A stretch of DNA of 64,000 bases, from NCBI GenBank assembly GCA_964247055.1, contig OZ176050.1:6758001-6822000 (forward strand), read 5' to 3'. This stretch comes from Paragordius varius (Eukaryota; Animalia; Nematomorpha). The notes beneath the pieces were generated by a model. It made no database searches. It was not told the origin of the DNA and worked only from the letters and a program-made list of their open reading frames with translations. Positions 1-12,830 of this stretch are shown here, in pieces. The first letter of the stretch is position 1, and the number at the start of each line of letters is the position of its first letter. Made by a program: the position numbers and the translations under genes.

Positions 1-16
1 AAATTTTATATTTTAG

Positions 17-1523
17 ATATGCACGCCGTGACCTCTATCAAATTATTCCCTGTCGAAGTATATCGGACGGTATTATATTAGTTATTATTTTAAATCTATG
101 TCCAAATAGGCTGAGCAACAAAGAATAGATTCTGAAATTAAATCGCCTTCTACGGATTTCAGAAGATCTCCATTAGGTTATTTATAATAATAATAATTAA
201 TCGTATAAATATTTTTTAAATAATGCTTTGATGGTTTCATATGTTAAACTTTTCAAAATGGATTTAAAATATTAAAACATATCTCGATTATAATATCACC
301 TATGACTACACATCTTATATATGACATTCTTAAATAATAGCTACGAAAAGTCGAAATTTTAATAACTTATGCTCTCTTTTATATCATAATGCATGTTTCA
401 GTTTTAACTATAACATGATGAATTGTTAAATTAATAGCCATTTCATTGATTTACAATTTATATTTTTAGCACATTATGGTATAAACTTACAAAAAAAAAG
501 CTATGCTCTTTCTTACAAAAGAATAATCGTGTTTTATCTAATAACTAAATGGATGTAAACAAGATAAGCACCCCTTGTTTTGAAAAAAAAATGTTTTATC
601 ATTAAAAAATATTTTTCCGAAAACAATAAACACCCAAAATATTATTAACGTATAAATGGAGGCAATGATGGTAAATTTTGGGCACTTAATTCACACAATT
701 TTATTCCTCTCAGATAAATGTCATTCGTATATGGCATAACTCAGGAAAAATCTATCCAAAATTTGGTGTTTTTTTATTTGGCATTAAGAGAAAGATATGT
801 ATAAATTCTTTTAACAATGCTCACCCCTTTTGTCTTGTAAAGCTAATAGTGTATCATCTATATTAATTAGAATTTTTATAAAAGTTTGTTTTTGACTCAA
901 AATTTGGAACACATACAGTGTTAATATTCTTTTTTACAGTATGAGCAAAAATTCTTGATTAGCTCTTCATTAGATATAGCTCTATAGCATTTAGAGGATA
1001 CAGTGAAAAGTAAAACACTAATATTATATACCTGAAGAAAACAATATTTATAATTCTTGATTTCTTTTCAACCTAAATAATTACAGTTGTAAAATATTAA
1101 ATTAATGTTACCAATTTACATCTCTATTTCATATTCTTCAACCTAAAACAATAGGTAATCTCCTCAAAAATCAAGGTTAAAATATCGTCATTTACATGAT
1201 AAGCGTCTAGTTTTGTCTTTGTAATTTTAATTTTTACTATATAGTTTTGAGTAAAAGCGCAAGAAAAAGTAGAAATAAACATTTTTCACCAATTTTAAAC
1301 CATGAAAATAGCTTCTGTTCGCTATCTGGTAAAAACTAAGCAAATTTTTCTTATAATGTATCTTTAAATTTAATATATAGATCATCAAGGCAAAACACAT
1401 CATCACATGAGTAAGAAAAAGACAATATTGGTTATTTTGTTGACATGCATTGGAATAGGCGTATTGCTTTTCGTTGGTATGGCCGTTTTTAAACCCAACA
1501 AAAGTCCGAATCGTTTATACTAA
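17..1523 (+). CDS. LMAN2: 3' part of a VIP36/LMAN2-type L-type lectin cargo receptor (5' exons lie outside the window)
   Basis: AG/GT-bounded exons 17-69, 110-176 and 1381-1523 splice in frame to (D)MHAVTSIKLFPVEVYRTAEQQRIDSEIKSPSTDFRRSPLDHQGKTHHHMSKKKTILVILLTCIGIGVLLFVGMAVFKPNKSPNRLY*. This parallels the VIP36 C-terminus as recalled (DNHDIISMKLF...EPSVNFLKSP...TM helix...KRFY*). LMAN2 versus LMAN2L cannot be resolved. Confidence 0.75.
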
Positions 1524-1694
1524 AAAAACTCTAACATTTTGTATGTATTCTATTTATATATATACTTACACAAATTAATTTGCAATGTAATAAATTTAGA
1601 CATAATATGATGTTGTAATGGTAAATGACGGATTAATAATGTTTTTTGTGATTTCGGATTTATTAATTGTTACTTATATGATTTTATTAAACTA

Positions 1695-3742
1695 CCAGCT
1701 GGCCCTGTCACGCTTCGCTGTGACGTCTCGATAATTGTTCTTAGTCATTTGCAATAAATAGAGGTAATGGGGAAAAAATAATAAAAAAACATATATAATA
1801 AAAAGAATGTCTTTAATAATTCTTTCACGGGTTTTTGCTTAGGCTCAAATATTGTTTACTTGAAATTTACCATATTTAAACACTCCCTTATTAAAGTTAA
1901 TATTCAACTATCATTAGATTTATTTTAAGATTTTCGTTTTACGAAATCATGGTTAAAAGTTTTATTTTGAAATTTAGTTCACACACCTGGGATCAAGGGA
2001 TATAAAAAGTAAATCATTTGTGGTCTCTTTTTAAAGGAAAAAATGATATAAAATTTCCCAGAAATGTGTTTAATTTAACTCGTGTGGCTTCTTAAATTTT
2101 TTGAAAATTAGCTCTTTTAGACCGGTAGACCCTACCCATAGACCTATTTGGAAAAAGCGCTGAGTTAAATTCTTTGCCTTTATAGGGCAAATATTTGGAA
2201 TCATCTTTAATACCATCGTCTCATGGGTTATTCGAAAAGATACCTCAACACTAAATAATCGTTATTGAATGCGTATTTTTAGGGCATGAAGGCCCTAAAT
2301 TAGCGGCTAATAAAAAACGCTTGACCTTAATTTTTAACAAGTTACGGGTAATATTTCAAGCTTTTAATGAGCTCATATTGCTTCATAAATTTCTGTAAAT
2401 TAGCTCCAAAACAAAGCCATTTATATAGTGGCGCAGTTTTTGGCGGATAGTCCCTTACCAAGAGCACGTATAAAAAAGCGTTGGGCAAAATTTTTGCCTT
2501 TATATTGGGAATATCTGGAATTATCCAGGATTCCATATGCTCCTATTAGTTTCTGAAATTTGGCTCTAAAAGCATGCCGTATCAATATAGTGACGCAGTT
2601 TTATTCGGGTAGCCCCCTAACCAGGGCTGAAAAAAAAAACACTCGATTAAAATTTATGCCTTAATCCGGGTAATACCTGGGATCATGATTTATTCCATAT
2701 GCTCACATGGGATTTTCGAAAAATTATCTCAAAAACAAATCATTCTATGGTGGCGCATTTTTTAGGGCAAGGGGATAATAAAACAGCTCCACTTAAATTT
2801 TTGCCTTTTTACGGGTAATATTTCAGGCCCTTATTAAATTATATGGCCTTATAAGTTCTGAAAATTAACTCCTAAACCACGCAATTTCGATAGGTGACGC
2901 AGTTTTAGGTGGGTAGCTCCATACCCTGGGGCTGATAAAAAAGCGCTTGATTAAAATTTTTGCCTTTTTACGGAGAATACATGGAATGATTGATTCCATC
3001 TCTCATTAATTTTTGGAAAAATTGCCTTAAAACTGAAAAATAATTCTATGGGGGTGCATTTTTCACGACGTGATGGGCCTAATTAGGGGCTAATTTTAAA
3101 ACCGCCCGATCTAAATTTTTGCCTTGTTACGGGTATTATTTTAAGCACCAATTGAAATCATATGGCCTGATAGGTTTTCTGAAATTTAGCCCCAAAGGCA
3201 CGCTCTTTCAATATGACGGGGCAGTTTTTAGCGGCTATCTCCTTACCAGTAGCCAATATGAAAAAATGGACGCGTGAAATTTTTGCCTTTTAATTGGAAA
3301 TACATGGAATCCTGATCGAAATTTTACGGTCTCATACCTTGGGCCAAAAATATTCAAAAAATTATTTTTTCGCACTTAATTTTTTTGAAAAAAATGGCAT
3401 TTTACGGGGGGAGCGGGTAAAAAGAGGGCCTAAATTAAAAATATGAGCCGACTATGTTTGGCGCAATCAAAAATAAGTTAAATCATATTTGAAATCGAAT
3501 GGTCCAACAGGTCTTCCGGAAAATTGTCTCAAAGACACGATTTTTATGGACTTTTTTCAAAAAAACCCGTTTTTTACACGGGGTGGGCCCGAACTGGGGG
3601 TCTAATTCAAAAAAAGGGCGAAGCTTTTGTAGGAGCATTCCTTAATAATTATATTTTTTTGACATTTGAATTTGAACGGGTCTACCAGTTTTCCGGAAAG
3701 AGATTACAAAGCCACCACTTTCCATTTTTATAAATATTTAGA
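1695..3742 (-). mobile_element. Non-autonomous Helitron, copy 1
   Basis: Minus-strand 5' end TCTAAATATTTATAAAAATGG at 3742 matches copy 2. The 3' end is a GTCAC...GTGAC hairpin (1707-1724) followed by CTGG|T (CTRR motif, 1695-1698). Region ~2075-3742 is the reverse complement of ~45393-47160. No Rep/helicase ORF. Confidence 0.75.
2080..3400. repeat. Degenerate ~160-bp tandem array inside Helitron copy 1
   Basis: A motif of the form gtg(g/a)cgca(g/t)tttt recurs at about 2429, 2590, 2749, 2894, 3050 and 3214 (spacing 145-164 bp). Confidence 0.75.
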
Positions 3743-4739
3743 CAGATAATAATAATAATAATTAATCCTGATAAAGAATTTTGTATCTCTAAAATTATAA
3801 ACATTTCATTCGTTCCTAAATATTTGATTATATATATATGAATTGAAAATAATATTAAAGATATCAGTTTTTTCCTATTGATCGAAAAATATTTTTACCT
3901 CTTGGTAAAAAAAATCGACTCCGAATTCAGAGTTTTCTTCACGCAAAGTAATTCATATTCATAATATTCATATTTCATGGTTTATCGAAGCTATTTTTAT
4001 GTAACATATATCATGTGTACAACTAATGATTTTACAGATCATTACCGACCTTTGCCGTTGGCGCATTTTTATGCCCCAGTCAACACCGCTACTTCTTGAA
4101 ATATAAAATTATAAAGGTAGCTTTAAATTTTATTTTAAACCAATTTTTTAGGTCTTTTTATCCGACTATTAATAAATGGATAGTTAAGCCCTTAATAAAG
4201 CTTAACACATTTATATGATTTCAATTTTTGTCATCTAACGGGCTTTATGAAAAAACATATTAAGTTTAATATTATTAATGTATCAATTTGTATGAAGTGG
4301 GAGCGCATTTTAAATCCAGCATTTTAAGCGAGAAATTTTGGTTTTGCCACACAAATTGGTCACATAATATTCAGTGTCGGCTAGATAACCTCGATTGAAA
4401 ATTACGATTTGAATTAAGGACAATATATTTAACAACTTTGAACTGGATTCCTTGGAAAAAAATTCTGCAGAATGATGTATAAAAGAGTAGACTGTTCAAT
4501 TTGGAGATGATGAGAGTAGTGTCATCGGTAAGTTTTTGTGAGCATTCTTTCCATGGTATTTCTGTATTTAGTAAAAAAATAAGTTTTTAAAAAATATATA
4601 ATTTTAAATAATTCGACAATCTTAATGCTATTTTGGAAATATACATTGATAAAAAAGCATTGGAATTTTATGAGATATATTCAACAATTATTCTCAAATA
4701 CCATCAAAAAATAGATATAACAATAAAAAAATAATTGTA

Positions 4740-4980
4740 TATGGTGTATAAAGAAAAGGATGGAACAGACCAACGTCACCACTGTCCATAAAAGACGTTC
4801 CTTGCTGTCCCATACACCAGTCAATTTATAGTTCTAGTGACAGCCGCCTAGTTGTTTCGTTGGGTTCGCTTTTAGGGATATAATGAAATGTTAATCATAT
4901 AAGACATTTAAGAAATATTTGCTATAAACATTATTCAAAGTATAACGTATATAAATTCTAACTTAGTTTAACTAAGATAA
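4740..4980. repeat. Unclassified dispersed repeat with a GC-richer core, copy A
   Basis: Core AAGG(G/A)TG...CACTGTCCA...GACG...CATACACCA...GTGACAGCCG.CTAGTTG...GGGTT is shared with 31588-31890, 29968-30110 and partly 10581-10680. Confidence 0.6.
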
Positions 4981-5864
4981 GCACAATTAAAGTGTTTATG
5001 TTTATTACGACTTTTCAAGCATTTTTAAGCTCGATTAGTGTGTGTTTTGTTCGATATATAGACTTAATTTCTGTTCTTTAAGTATCTTATGTTTCTTAAA
5101 CAAATAAATATGGTATATTTTTGTATTACACCACATTGTCCACATAAACTATCCTGATGAATCAGGATTTAATGGTGCTTTTCGTTTGAGGCTTACGAGT
5201 TCAAAAATTATTAACATTTATGATAACTGCTCTGTATCAAAAAATGGCAAAATTTGCGCACTTTTTTTGATAATTTTTTTGAAACCTAATGCTTCAAAAA
5301 ATAACTAAAATATATTTTGAATTACAAATCAAATGTAAAACATTATTTTTATAAAATTTCATGTGTTCGAAAGTCTTATATTTTTAAAACCGTTCACAAT
5401 GGACAAGTTCTCTAAAATCAAAGACAAATAATATAAATTTATGATTTCGACAGCAAAAATTTTTTTAGAAAAATGAATTACTTGAAAATTAAATTTAGCA
5501 AAATTTCGGTGAGCTAGTTTTATGATTTTTCGAAGCATGTATCCATGCAACGCTGGACATTTTTATCGTCTCAGAAGTTTTATTTTTTGTTTGTTTCTTA
5601 TTTAAGTGAATTTTTGTTAAAAATGCAATTTATATTTAAAATAGATTTAAAAACGGAATTCTAAAAGCATAGAAATGCTCAGAATTTTTGAATCATAGTG
5701 AAAGAGTGCCCATCATGGCGCAACGTATGTATACAGTACAACTCAAAAACATTGCATTTTTGAACAAAACAGACATTTTTAGAAATTTTTTATTTTAATA
5801 CCTTAATCTAGCATATATTTAAAAAATTAATACGAAATCTCCGTATTTTGGCTTTTACTTTTAA

Positions 5865-6429
5865 CACTTGGATACAACACATTCATTTTAGTCCTTCGAT
5901 TCAAATTGGGGTAGTTGGATACCCCAGGCCTGTTTAAAATTAAATAATTTAAAAATTATGGAAGGAATAGAAACCATGGCAAAATTTTGCACTTATTTAA
6001 ATCGAAATATTTAAAAATTTTATTCAAAAACACTTGATATTACTTATTTTAAGGTAAAACCCAAGGTAAAAATTTAATCAATGTGACATGTGTGCATTGG
6101 CTAAATTGAAAAATAATACAAAATAAACCACTTCTATTTATATCAATAATAGATGGGTAAGTAAAAAATTAGCTTTAATTATACCTTAAAAAATAAATAA
6201 ACACGATATTTTGCAAAAATTTTGCAAAATATAAATGGCGTCCAAGTAGTTTGACATGGAACTTTTTTCTCAAAACGAAATTTCATTAAGATATTTTAGC
6301 TTATTTATATAATGTTTCTCAGGATAGAAGCATATATTTAAATTAGGACCGTTTCCTTCAGTAGTTTTTTTAAAATTTTAACTATAATTTGGTCTGGGGT
6401 ATTTAGATATTCCAAATCGAATCGAGGTG
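5865..6429 (-). mobile_element. piggyBac-derived MITE, 565 bp
   Basis: Flanked by TTAA at 5861-5864 and 6430-6433. Ends are CAC...GTG. The subterminal inverted repeat TCGATTC(A/G)A(A/T)TTGG...TA...TACCCCAG has asymmetric spacers (long at the left end, short at the right), as in canonical piggyBac. Confidence 0.85.
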
Positions 6430-6897
6430 TTAAGAAAGTTACCTCATCTTAGAGGGGGCAAATGTGCTTTCTTACCCCCCATCCAAAAATTAAATTATAA
6501 TTATATTATTTTACTTTTTTAATTAAATCAAATATTTTAACGATATTTTTTCCCAAAAAATTGGTATGTACACTAATATTGAAATTATACGATATCAAGT
6601 AATTACCACAAAAGTGCAAATATATATATTATATTACTCGTATAAAATCGCCAATAGTCCTGATATATTTAACCATCATAAATCCGATACTATCATAAAT
6701 CCGATGAGGCCTATAGTATTGAACACCCTTGCTTTGAATGATTGATCTTAATTCATTTATTTTTTTCGGATTCGGTATTTAAATTTTAGAAGTCAATCTT
6801 AACGTTTACTAAGGTATATTTTGTATATTTTGATTACAAAAAATATTTAATATATCTATTTAACATCTTTACTGTTAATATACTAATTTATAATTAA

Positions 6898-9810
6898 CAC
6901 ATCGATTCAAATTGGGGTATCTAAATACCCCAGACCTTTCTCAAATTAGTGTTTTTAAAAAACTACACAATACAAAGGCCCTAATTTAAATTTATGCTTC
7001 TATCTTTATAAAAATTATATAATTAAACCAAAATAACTTAATGAAATTAAGTTTTGAAAAAAAATTCTCATCTCGAATTGGTTGGCGCCAGAATTATTTT
7101 TAAATTTTTTACCAGAAATGCACAATCCCACCTCCAAACATATCATTTAAAGTATTTTCCGTTGCGAGCATTTATTTTGTTGTTATGGAAGATTGTTCAG
7201 ATAATTTTGATAGTAGCAGAGATTATAATGTAGATGACTCCTCATCTTCAAAGTCATGTATAAAATTATTTTATTAAGATTATTATATAATGAAAAATCT
7301 AACAATCCAAAATAATTCGTTTTATCCCCGGGCTCAAATCAATTATCCAGGACCCACTTACAACATTTAATTCTATCATAACCTATGACGTAAAAAATTT
7401 GATTATGAAAATCGAAAGACTAGATTAATTTGAACATAGAAGACTTTGATGGTATATTATCTATATACAAATTTAGGTATCTTGATTGTTATGGGCTTGC
7501 GCAAATCATACATGGTCCCTTAAATACAGTAATTGTTAATTTTTAATATCAAGAATATTTTTTTTAATCCATGTGGCATTTTTTTATCCTTTTATAATTT
7601 GTTGTACAAGTATATAAAAAATAACATTTACATATATATTTAAATGTACATACATGTCCCTTTTCGGTACAATATGAGATATATATTAACATTGCAATAT
7701 GTTCCCCTTCTCGCTACTTATCTTATTAGAGAAATGGTAACATTGCATATGTGTTGTGCCTACTTCATTAAATAATTTTTTAGGTTTTATATATAATTTT
7801 TTTTATAAAAAATTAAGTATTTATTAATTAAAAAGATATTTCAGAAAATCATTGATATTATATAAGACTATAAAAAAATATATTTGAAAAAACATATAAA
7901 TCGCTTATGTGCGTAATAAACCTTGTATTATACAAATTTAAATATAAATTTGATTTTGCTGACTTTTTTGAAAACACTATATCACCTAAAATTAGTTAAA
8001 CTGAGAAATGTCGACAAAAAATGGTAAAATAATATTTATAATTATTTGACAAGTGGTAATTTATTTAAGCAAATATTTTGCCAATTTTTTTGGTGTGCTC
8101 ATTATATTTAAAAATATGAATGTGCTAAATATTTTTAAGAATTTGAGTTAAGTTTTCAATCAATTCTTCCAGATTGAAATGACATCTTTCCGGACTTTTT
8201 TTGATCTCTGGAGTCTGGGTTATTACTGTGTTCCCATAGTTCGAATCTATTGTTGATGGCAAACTTACATTGACAAAAACTTAATATTTTATACAAAAAA
8301 TTATATATCAAACTTATAAATTAATAATTAAAATAAGCACAACACATAATATACTGATTAATACCTAATTTTATAAAAATTATATCAAACCTAAGTAAGC
8401 ACAACACATATGCAATGTTACCATTTCTTTAATAAGATATGTAGCGAGAAGGGGAACATATTGCAATGTTAATATATATCTCATATATGTGTACCGAAAA
8501 GGGACATGTATGTACATTTAAATATATATGTAAATGTTATTTTTTATACACTTGTACAACAACTTATAAAAGGATAAAAAATGCCACACAGATTAAAAAA
8601 AATATTCTTGATATTAAAAATTAACAATTACTGTAATCTTTTTCGGCTTTATAACGGTTCAATAATATTAATATGCCAAAAAGGTATATATACTTATATA
8701 TTCTACAAGGTGCTGCGTCGAAGATCTGTTCACAAAAAATCTGTAATATTTTGCCAAGCATGTCAACAAATAAACAATTATTTAGTGCGATCCTTTTAAA
8801 TTGTTTGCACAAACTATGAAAATAATCTAAAGAAATTATTTGGAAATAAGATTTTTTTATATTATATTTATCGATCAATGCTAAATCGGAATCCGTTGTG
8901 ATTATCCTTCTTGACAAATCTCATTAAAAATAATTTTTATTTTAATGTGCCTTGATGCAAGCTGAGACAAAACAAGATCGCTTTAGGAAATTAAATACTT
9001 GGATCAAATTTAACGAAATACCTATTAAACCAAATAAATTTTGAAGGGTTTAAAAATGAGAAATTAGCATTATTTTTTGAATCACAAAAAAATAATCTAA
9101 TAATTGGCATTAAAATAGAGGTGCCCTCCGCGGTAAGTTTCACTGATTTAATAATAAACGATTTACTTCTAGAGGGCAAAAAGCCAGTTTTGATTTATTT
9201 TGACTTAGAATAAATAAAAATACATGATTAGATATAAAGCATCAAATATAAAATTATTCGGTAGAACTATTTTGGGAGATCAAGATTTATATAAATTTTG
9301 ATGACCTGTTGACAAAACCATCTTGGTGTATATGATTCTGTTTCTTTTATGATATTTATACTATTTAGTAAACCTAAATCTTCAGAAAGTACGTGGAATG
9401 TTTTTAATTTAAGCAAGTCTTTTTACAAAATTTATGACTTATTTTTTAGTTGCTTCTCGAGATTCAATAACTGTCCAATATTTTACATAAGGATATCAAG
9501 TATTGTCTTTATAGGCCTATAAATTAGAAAAACTTACTTTTAAAGATTTTTTCCTTCTGTTATGGCGATGCTAAACATAAATAATAGATATTTGTTAATC
9601 GATTGTCTGAAGCATGTAAAGACTTGAATTAAAATGTAATTTTCCTGTTGTTAGTCAATTAGGCATTAATAAATATAAAATAAGCGATAGTTAAAAAACA
9701 ATAGGTGTATAGCAAATTATTTGCTTTTAAAAGGCCTGGGGTATCCAACTACCCCAATTTGAATCGAAGGAAACAACAAACATTTAATATCAATTTGTTA
9801 TTTGCATGTG
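6898..9810 (+). mobile_element. Degraded piggyBac element with transposase relics, interrupted by a Tc1-like insertion
   Basis: Left end TTAA|CACATCGATTCAAATTGGGGTATCTAAATACCCCAG. Transposase relics: acidic start MEDCSDNFDSSRD (ATG 7185), PGLKSIIQDPLTTFNSIITYD, LGILIVMGLRK (~7473; piggyBac GILIxMGL motif) and a Cys-rich-domain relic KKSVIFCQAC (~8735). Right subterminal repeat at 9737-9770; probable end GTG|TTGA at 9810, which is less certain. Confidence 0.7.
7527..8633. mobile_element. Non-autonomous Tc1/mariner-like element with ~240-bp terminal inverted repeats
   Basis: TA|CAGTAATTGTTAA... at 7527 and ...TTAACAATTACTG|TA at 8633. Arms 7527-~7764 and ~8395-8633 are near-identical reverse complements. 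TA target duplication; non-coding AT-rich middle. Confidence 0.85.
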
Positions 9811-9826
9811 TTGAACCTTTTTAAAC

Positions 9827-11445
9827 ATGGATTGGATGTACAATGAATCTAAAAACTTGTTGGACCGTGAGGCTTATTTATTGGGAAAAACTATTGATAA
9901 AAACTTTTTATCTTTGGAGCAAGAAGGTTTATTCATATTTTACCTAAAAGAAAAACAATTACAATCCACGGTTAACGAAAATGCCCATATATACCGTAAT
10001 CACAAAGATGATCCTATGACATTGGTTGAAATGAAAAAATATGAGTATAAAAAACGTATTTTAAGTAACCCAATAAAACTCAAAAAGCTTAAACAAAATT
10101 TAAATAATACGACGGAATCAAGTACATAATATTTTAAAATATAGAAGACATTATTAGTGACGTCGATTTAAAAATATTAAAGAAATGGAAAAAATTAAAA
10201 AAACATTGTTTTTATTTTCAAAATATATCATTAAAAGAATTCGCAGATCCTCTATTAAAGAAAATATCTGACAATGACCCTTCATCAAACCAAAGTTCAG
10301 AATCCGATGCTGATAAAAAGGTTTTACCTTTGCAACATAATATATAAATTTGTAAAGTAGCTTAAAAAAATTATGCTCTTATATTGTTCCAATAGGAAAA
10401 ACAAGCAAAGAATATTCAACCTTCCACAAAACACAATCATAAAAAGCATCATTACAATAAAACGCCTCCTCGTCCTTCCGCATATAAAATTAGGTATAAT
10501 TCTTATATCATATAAATTTTTTTTGCTTAAGCTTGTTATGGTTAAATTAGATTTTTTTAAACATTTAAAAGCGTGCTAAGGGTATCCAGGTATCCAGAAA
10601 AGGGTGTGACAGGCTAGCTCCTTACCGTCACTGTCCGCACAGGACGACCCTTACCGCCTTCCTACGCTTTTACTTATCAAATTTCATATAAATAAAATAC
10701 ACTCATGGATTCATAAAATCATTTATTGTATAATACATATATAAAATCTTTGAACTAAATCGATATAAGTTATACAAATATTTAAATGTTAAAATTAAAT
10801 CAATCTTAACATTTAATTAACATACTGTTTATATATAAATTCAACTATAATTTATTAAATTATTACAGTTAAAATTATTATCGTCATTCTAGAATTATAA
10901 ATCTCAACAAAAAATGTAGATTGGTAGGTATTAATAAACATAAATTATGCAGCGTATTGGAGTGAAAAATATCCATTTTATTTTTTTTACAAACCATTAA
11001 GTCCTATCCCTATTTTTATTTATAATATTTGACTCATTTTTAGGTTATATTGTCAGAAAAGAAATTTATGAATTAAATTGTGACTATAAAATATATTATC
11101 GTAACACACAACAACCATATTCATAAGCTCAGGAAAAAAAATTTCCGTTTAAAATCATTTACTCTTATATTGTATTTTAATATTTAAAAAGCCTATTTTT
11201 TACGCCAGCTTATCTTTTTTTCTGTCCCGTGTAGTAAAGATAAACAGCGAAGACAGGAAAATGAAATCGATGCCGCTGAACTCCGTAAACAAATGCGCTT
11301 AAATGCCGAATGGATTGAACAAAGGAGGCGAGATATGATACGAGACGAGGAAAAATTGCGAGCTAGTGAGGAGAGAAGGGAAGATGAAATGAGAAGGACG
11401 CTTGCTAATGAGCTAGCTTTGGAAAAATTGACAAAGTCAGTTTGA
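9827..11445 (+). CDS. CWC25: CWC25-like pre-mRNA splicing factor lacking the conserved N-terminus (truncated gene or pseudogene)
   Basis: MDWMY...DREAYLLGKTIDK and DDPMTLVEMKKYEYKKRILSNPIKLKKLK match CWC25 as recalled (LDWMY...RDEYLLGRPIDK; EDPLFIIRKKEEEKKREVLNNPVKMKKIK). The last exon QMRLNAEWIEQRR matches EMMENAKWREEER. Exons 9827-10121, 10145-10320, 10396-10493 and 11235-11445 join in frame, with optional in-frame mini-introns 9927-9950 and 10208-10237. No KKSWHP N-terminal exon was found upstream. Confidence 0.7.
10581..10680. repeat. Unclassified dispersed repeat, partial copy B, in a CWC25 intron
   Basis: GGTATCCAGGTATCCAGAAAAGGGTGTG...CACTGTCC...GACG...CCTTCC resembles 31588-31670. 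Confidence 0.5.
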
Positions 11446-12274
11446 ATTTACGTATTTTTTATTTAACAAATTTGTGTTACAAAAAATCGTTTATGGACCA
11501 TGGTTCGGAATCATATTCCCCATATTTTTTGACTCTGGTACCGATTATACATAATTTGTGGGGAAAAACGGTTTAAAAGTAACAATTTTGGTTTTGGTCA
11601 CAGAGAATTTTTCGCAAAAAAATTTGCAGTTCCATTGTTTTTTTGTTGTAGAAATTTGGTTTCAAACGGTTGTACTTCCATTATTTACACAAATTATTTA
11701 GTGCAATGTGAATTTTGCCAAAGAAGCAAGTTTAAAAATAATGTTTTACTACTCTTTCAACTCCAAGAGCTGTTTAATTATAGGCTGACTAGTGAGTTGG
11801 TAGTTAAATTTGCAAGTGTGTTGATATTCAATCAAATTTTTAGGATCCGATCAAAACAGCTAATAGCTGTCATGTAAAATTGAATAATATTTCAAAAATT
11901 ATTTATTTTTTAATATAGGATAAATGAGAAGGTTAAGTTAATAAATAGCAAATATATTTGGTCATATTTTTGGCACAAATTTATGTCTAAACTCCTTTGA
12001 AAACATATAATTAAAAACAAACAAAGAAAAGTTGTGTATATATTTTGGCGAAAATAAAAAATACGGTAGCTATTAATGACATGTAGCAATTATAAGAGAT
12101 AATAATACCAAATTTTTTTTGAAGTTTTCAGGACAACTCTAATTTATTTAAACACCTATGAAATGCATATATTTTAGATTAAAAACAATTAAAATCAGAG
12201 TATTATGAAATTTTTACTTTTAGCCATAAGTGTTATTTATTCATTTCGGTTTTTCCTATGTTATAGAGAACACC

Positions 12275-12830
12275 ATAACACATTATTATGTAGGGAACAT
12301 TTTGGGAAATCGCATTTTTAATTGGCCAAAAACACCCTCGATAATGGAGCGATCTTTGGCATGAATTTTATTTCTTTTCCCTTGAAGTCCTAAGATTACG
12401 AAACGGTGTATTAGGAAGTAGTGACTTATACTGATTCAATTTGAGCCTATGATAATACAGGTCATTATACTTAAATATCTTGGCATCGTGAACATTGCCA
12501 CGATATATCACCTTGAAGCTATTTAAAAAAGTAAAAGCATCCTTAATAGGTTTATTATTTTCTAAGGGTTATTCTTTTCTCACCATAGCCTAGCCGAACG
12601 TTCCAATTCGAATTGATTATTGAGCATTCTTATCCATTTATTAGCTAAACGGACATTTACATAACCAAATATTTTTATGAGATAGCTCCTTTTTATTCCA
12701 AAATCATTTGCAACACCATGCTGGAATCCAGGGTCACCTAAGTAGCGCAAAAACATTTCTATAGATTGTTTATAAGATAAAACTTCAAATCTTTTAATAG
12801 GTCCTAGATATATTGGGAAAATCTCATTTG
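12275..12830 (-). pseudogene. PIF/Harbinger (HARBI1-like) transposase remnant
   Basis: Minus-strand fragments SYKQSIEMFLRYLGDPGFQHGVANDFGI (~12690-12780), GNVHDAKIF (~12470-12500) and HAKDRSIIEGVFGQLKMRFP (12301-12363) occur in the canonical order, with stops and deletions. TIRs were not found. Confidence 0.75.

Noticed and set aside
2080-3400. Tandem array as a CRISPR array
   Set aside because: The context is eukaryotic, the units are degenerate ~160-bp monomers with no repeat-spacer structure, and there are no cas genes.
4480-4570. RING-H2-like relic (DCSIW ... CEHSFHGIS)
   Set aside because: The pieces are in different frames with stops and two ligand positions are altered; too short to call.
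5149-5170. CTGATGA within a small palindrome as a hammerhead ribozyme core
   Set aside because: No downstream GAAA or stem II/III; it is only a hairpin.
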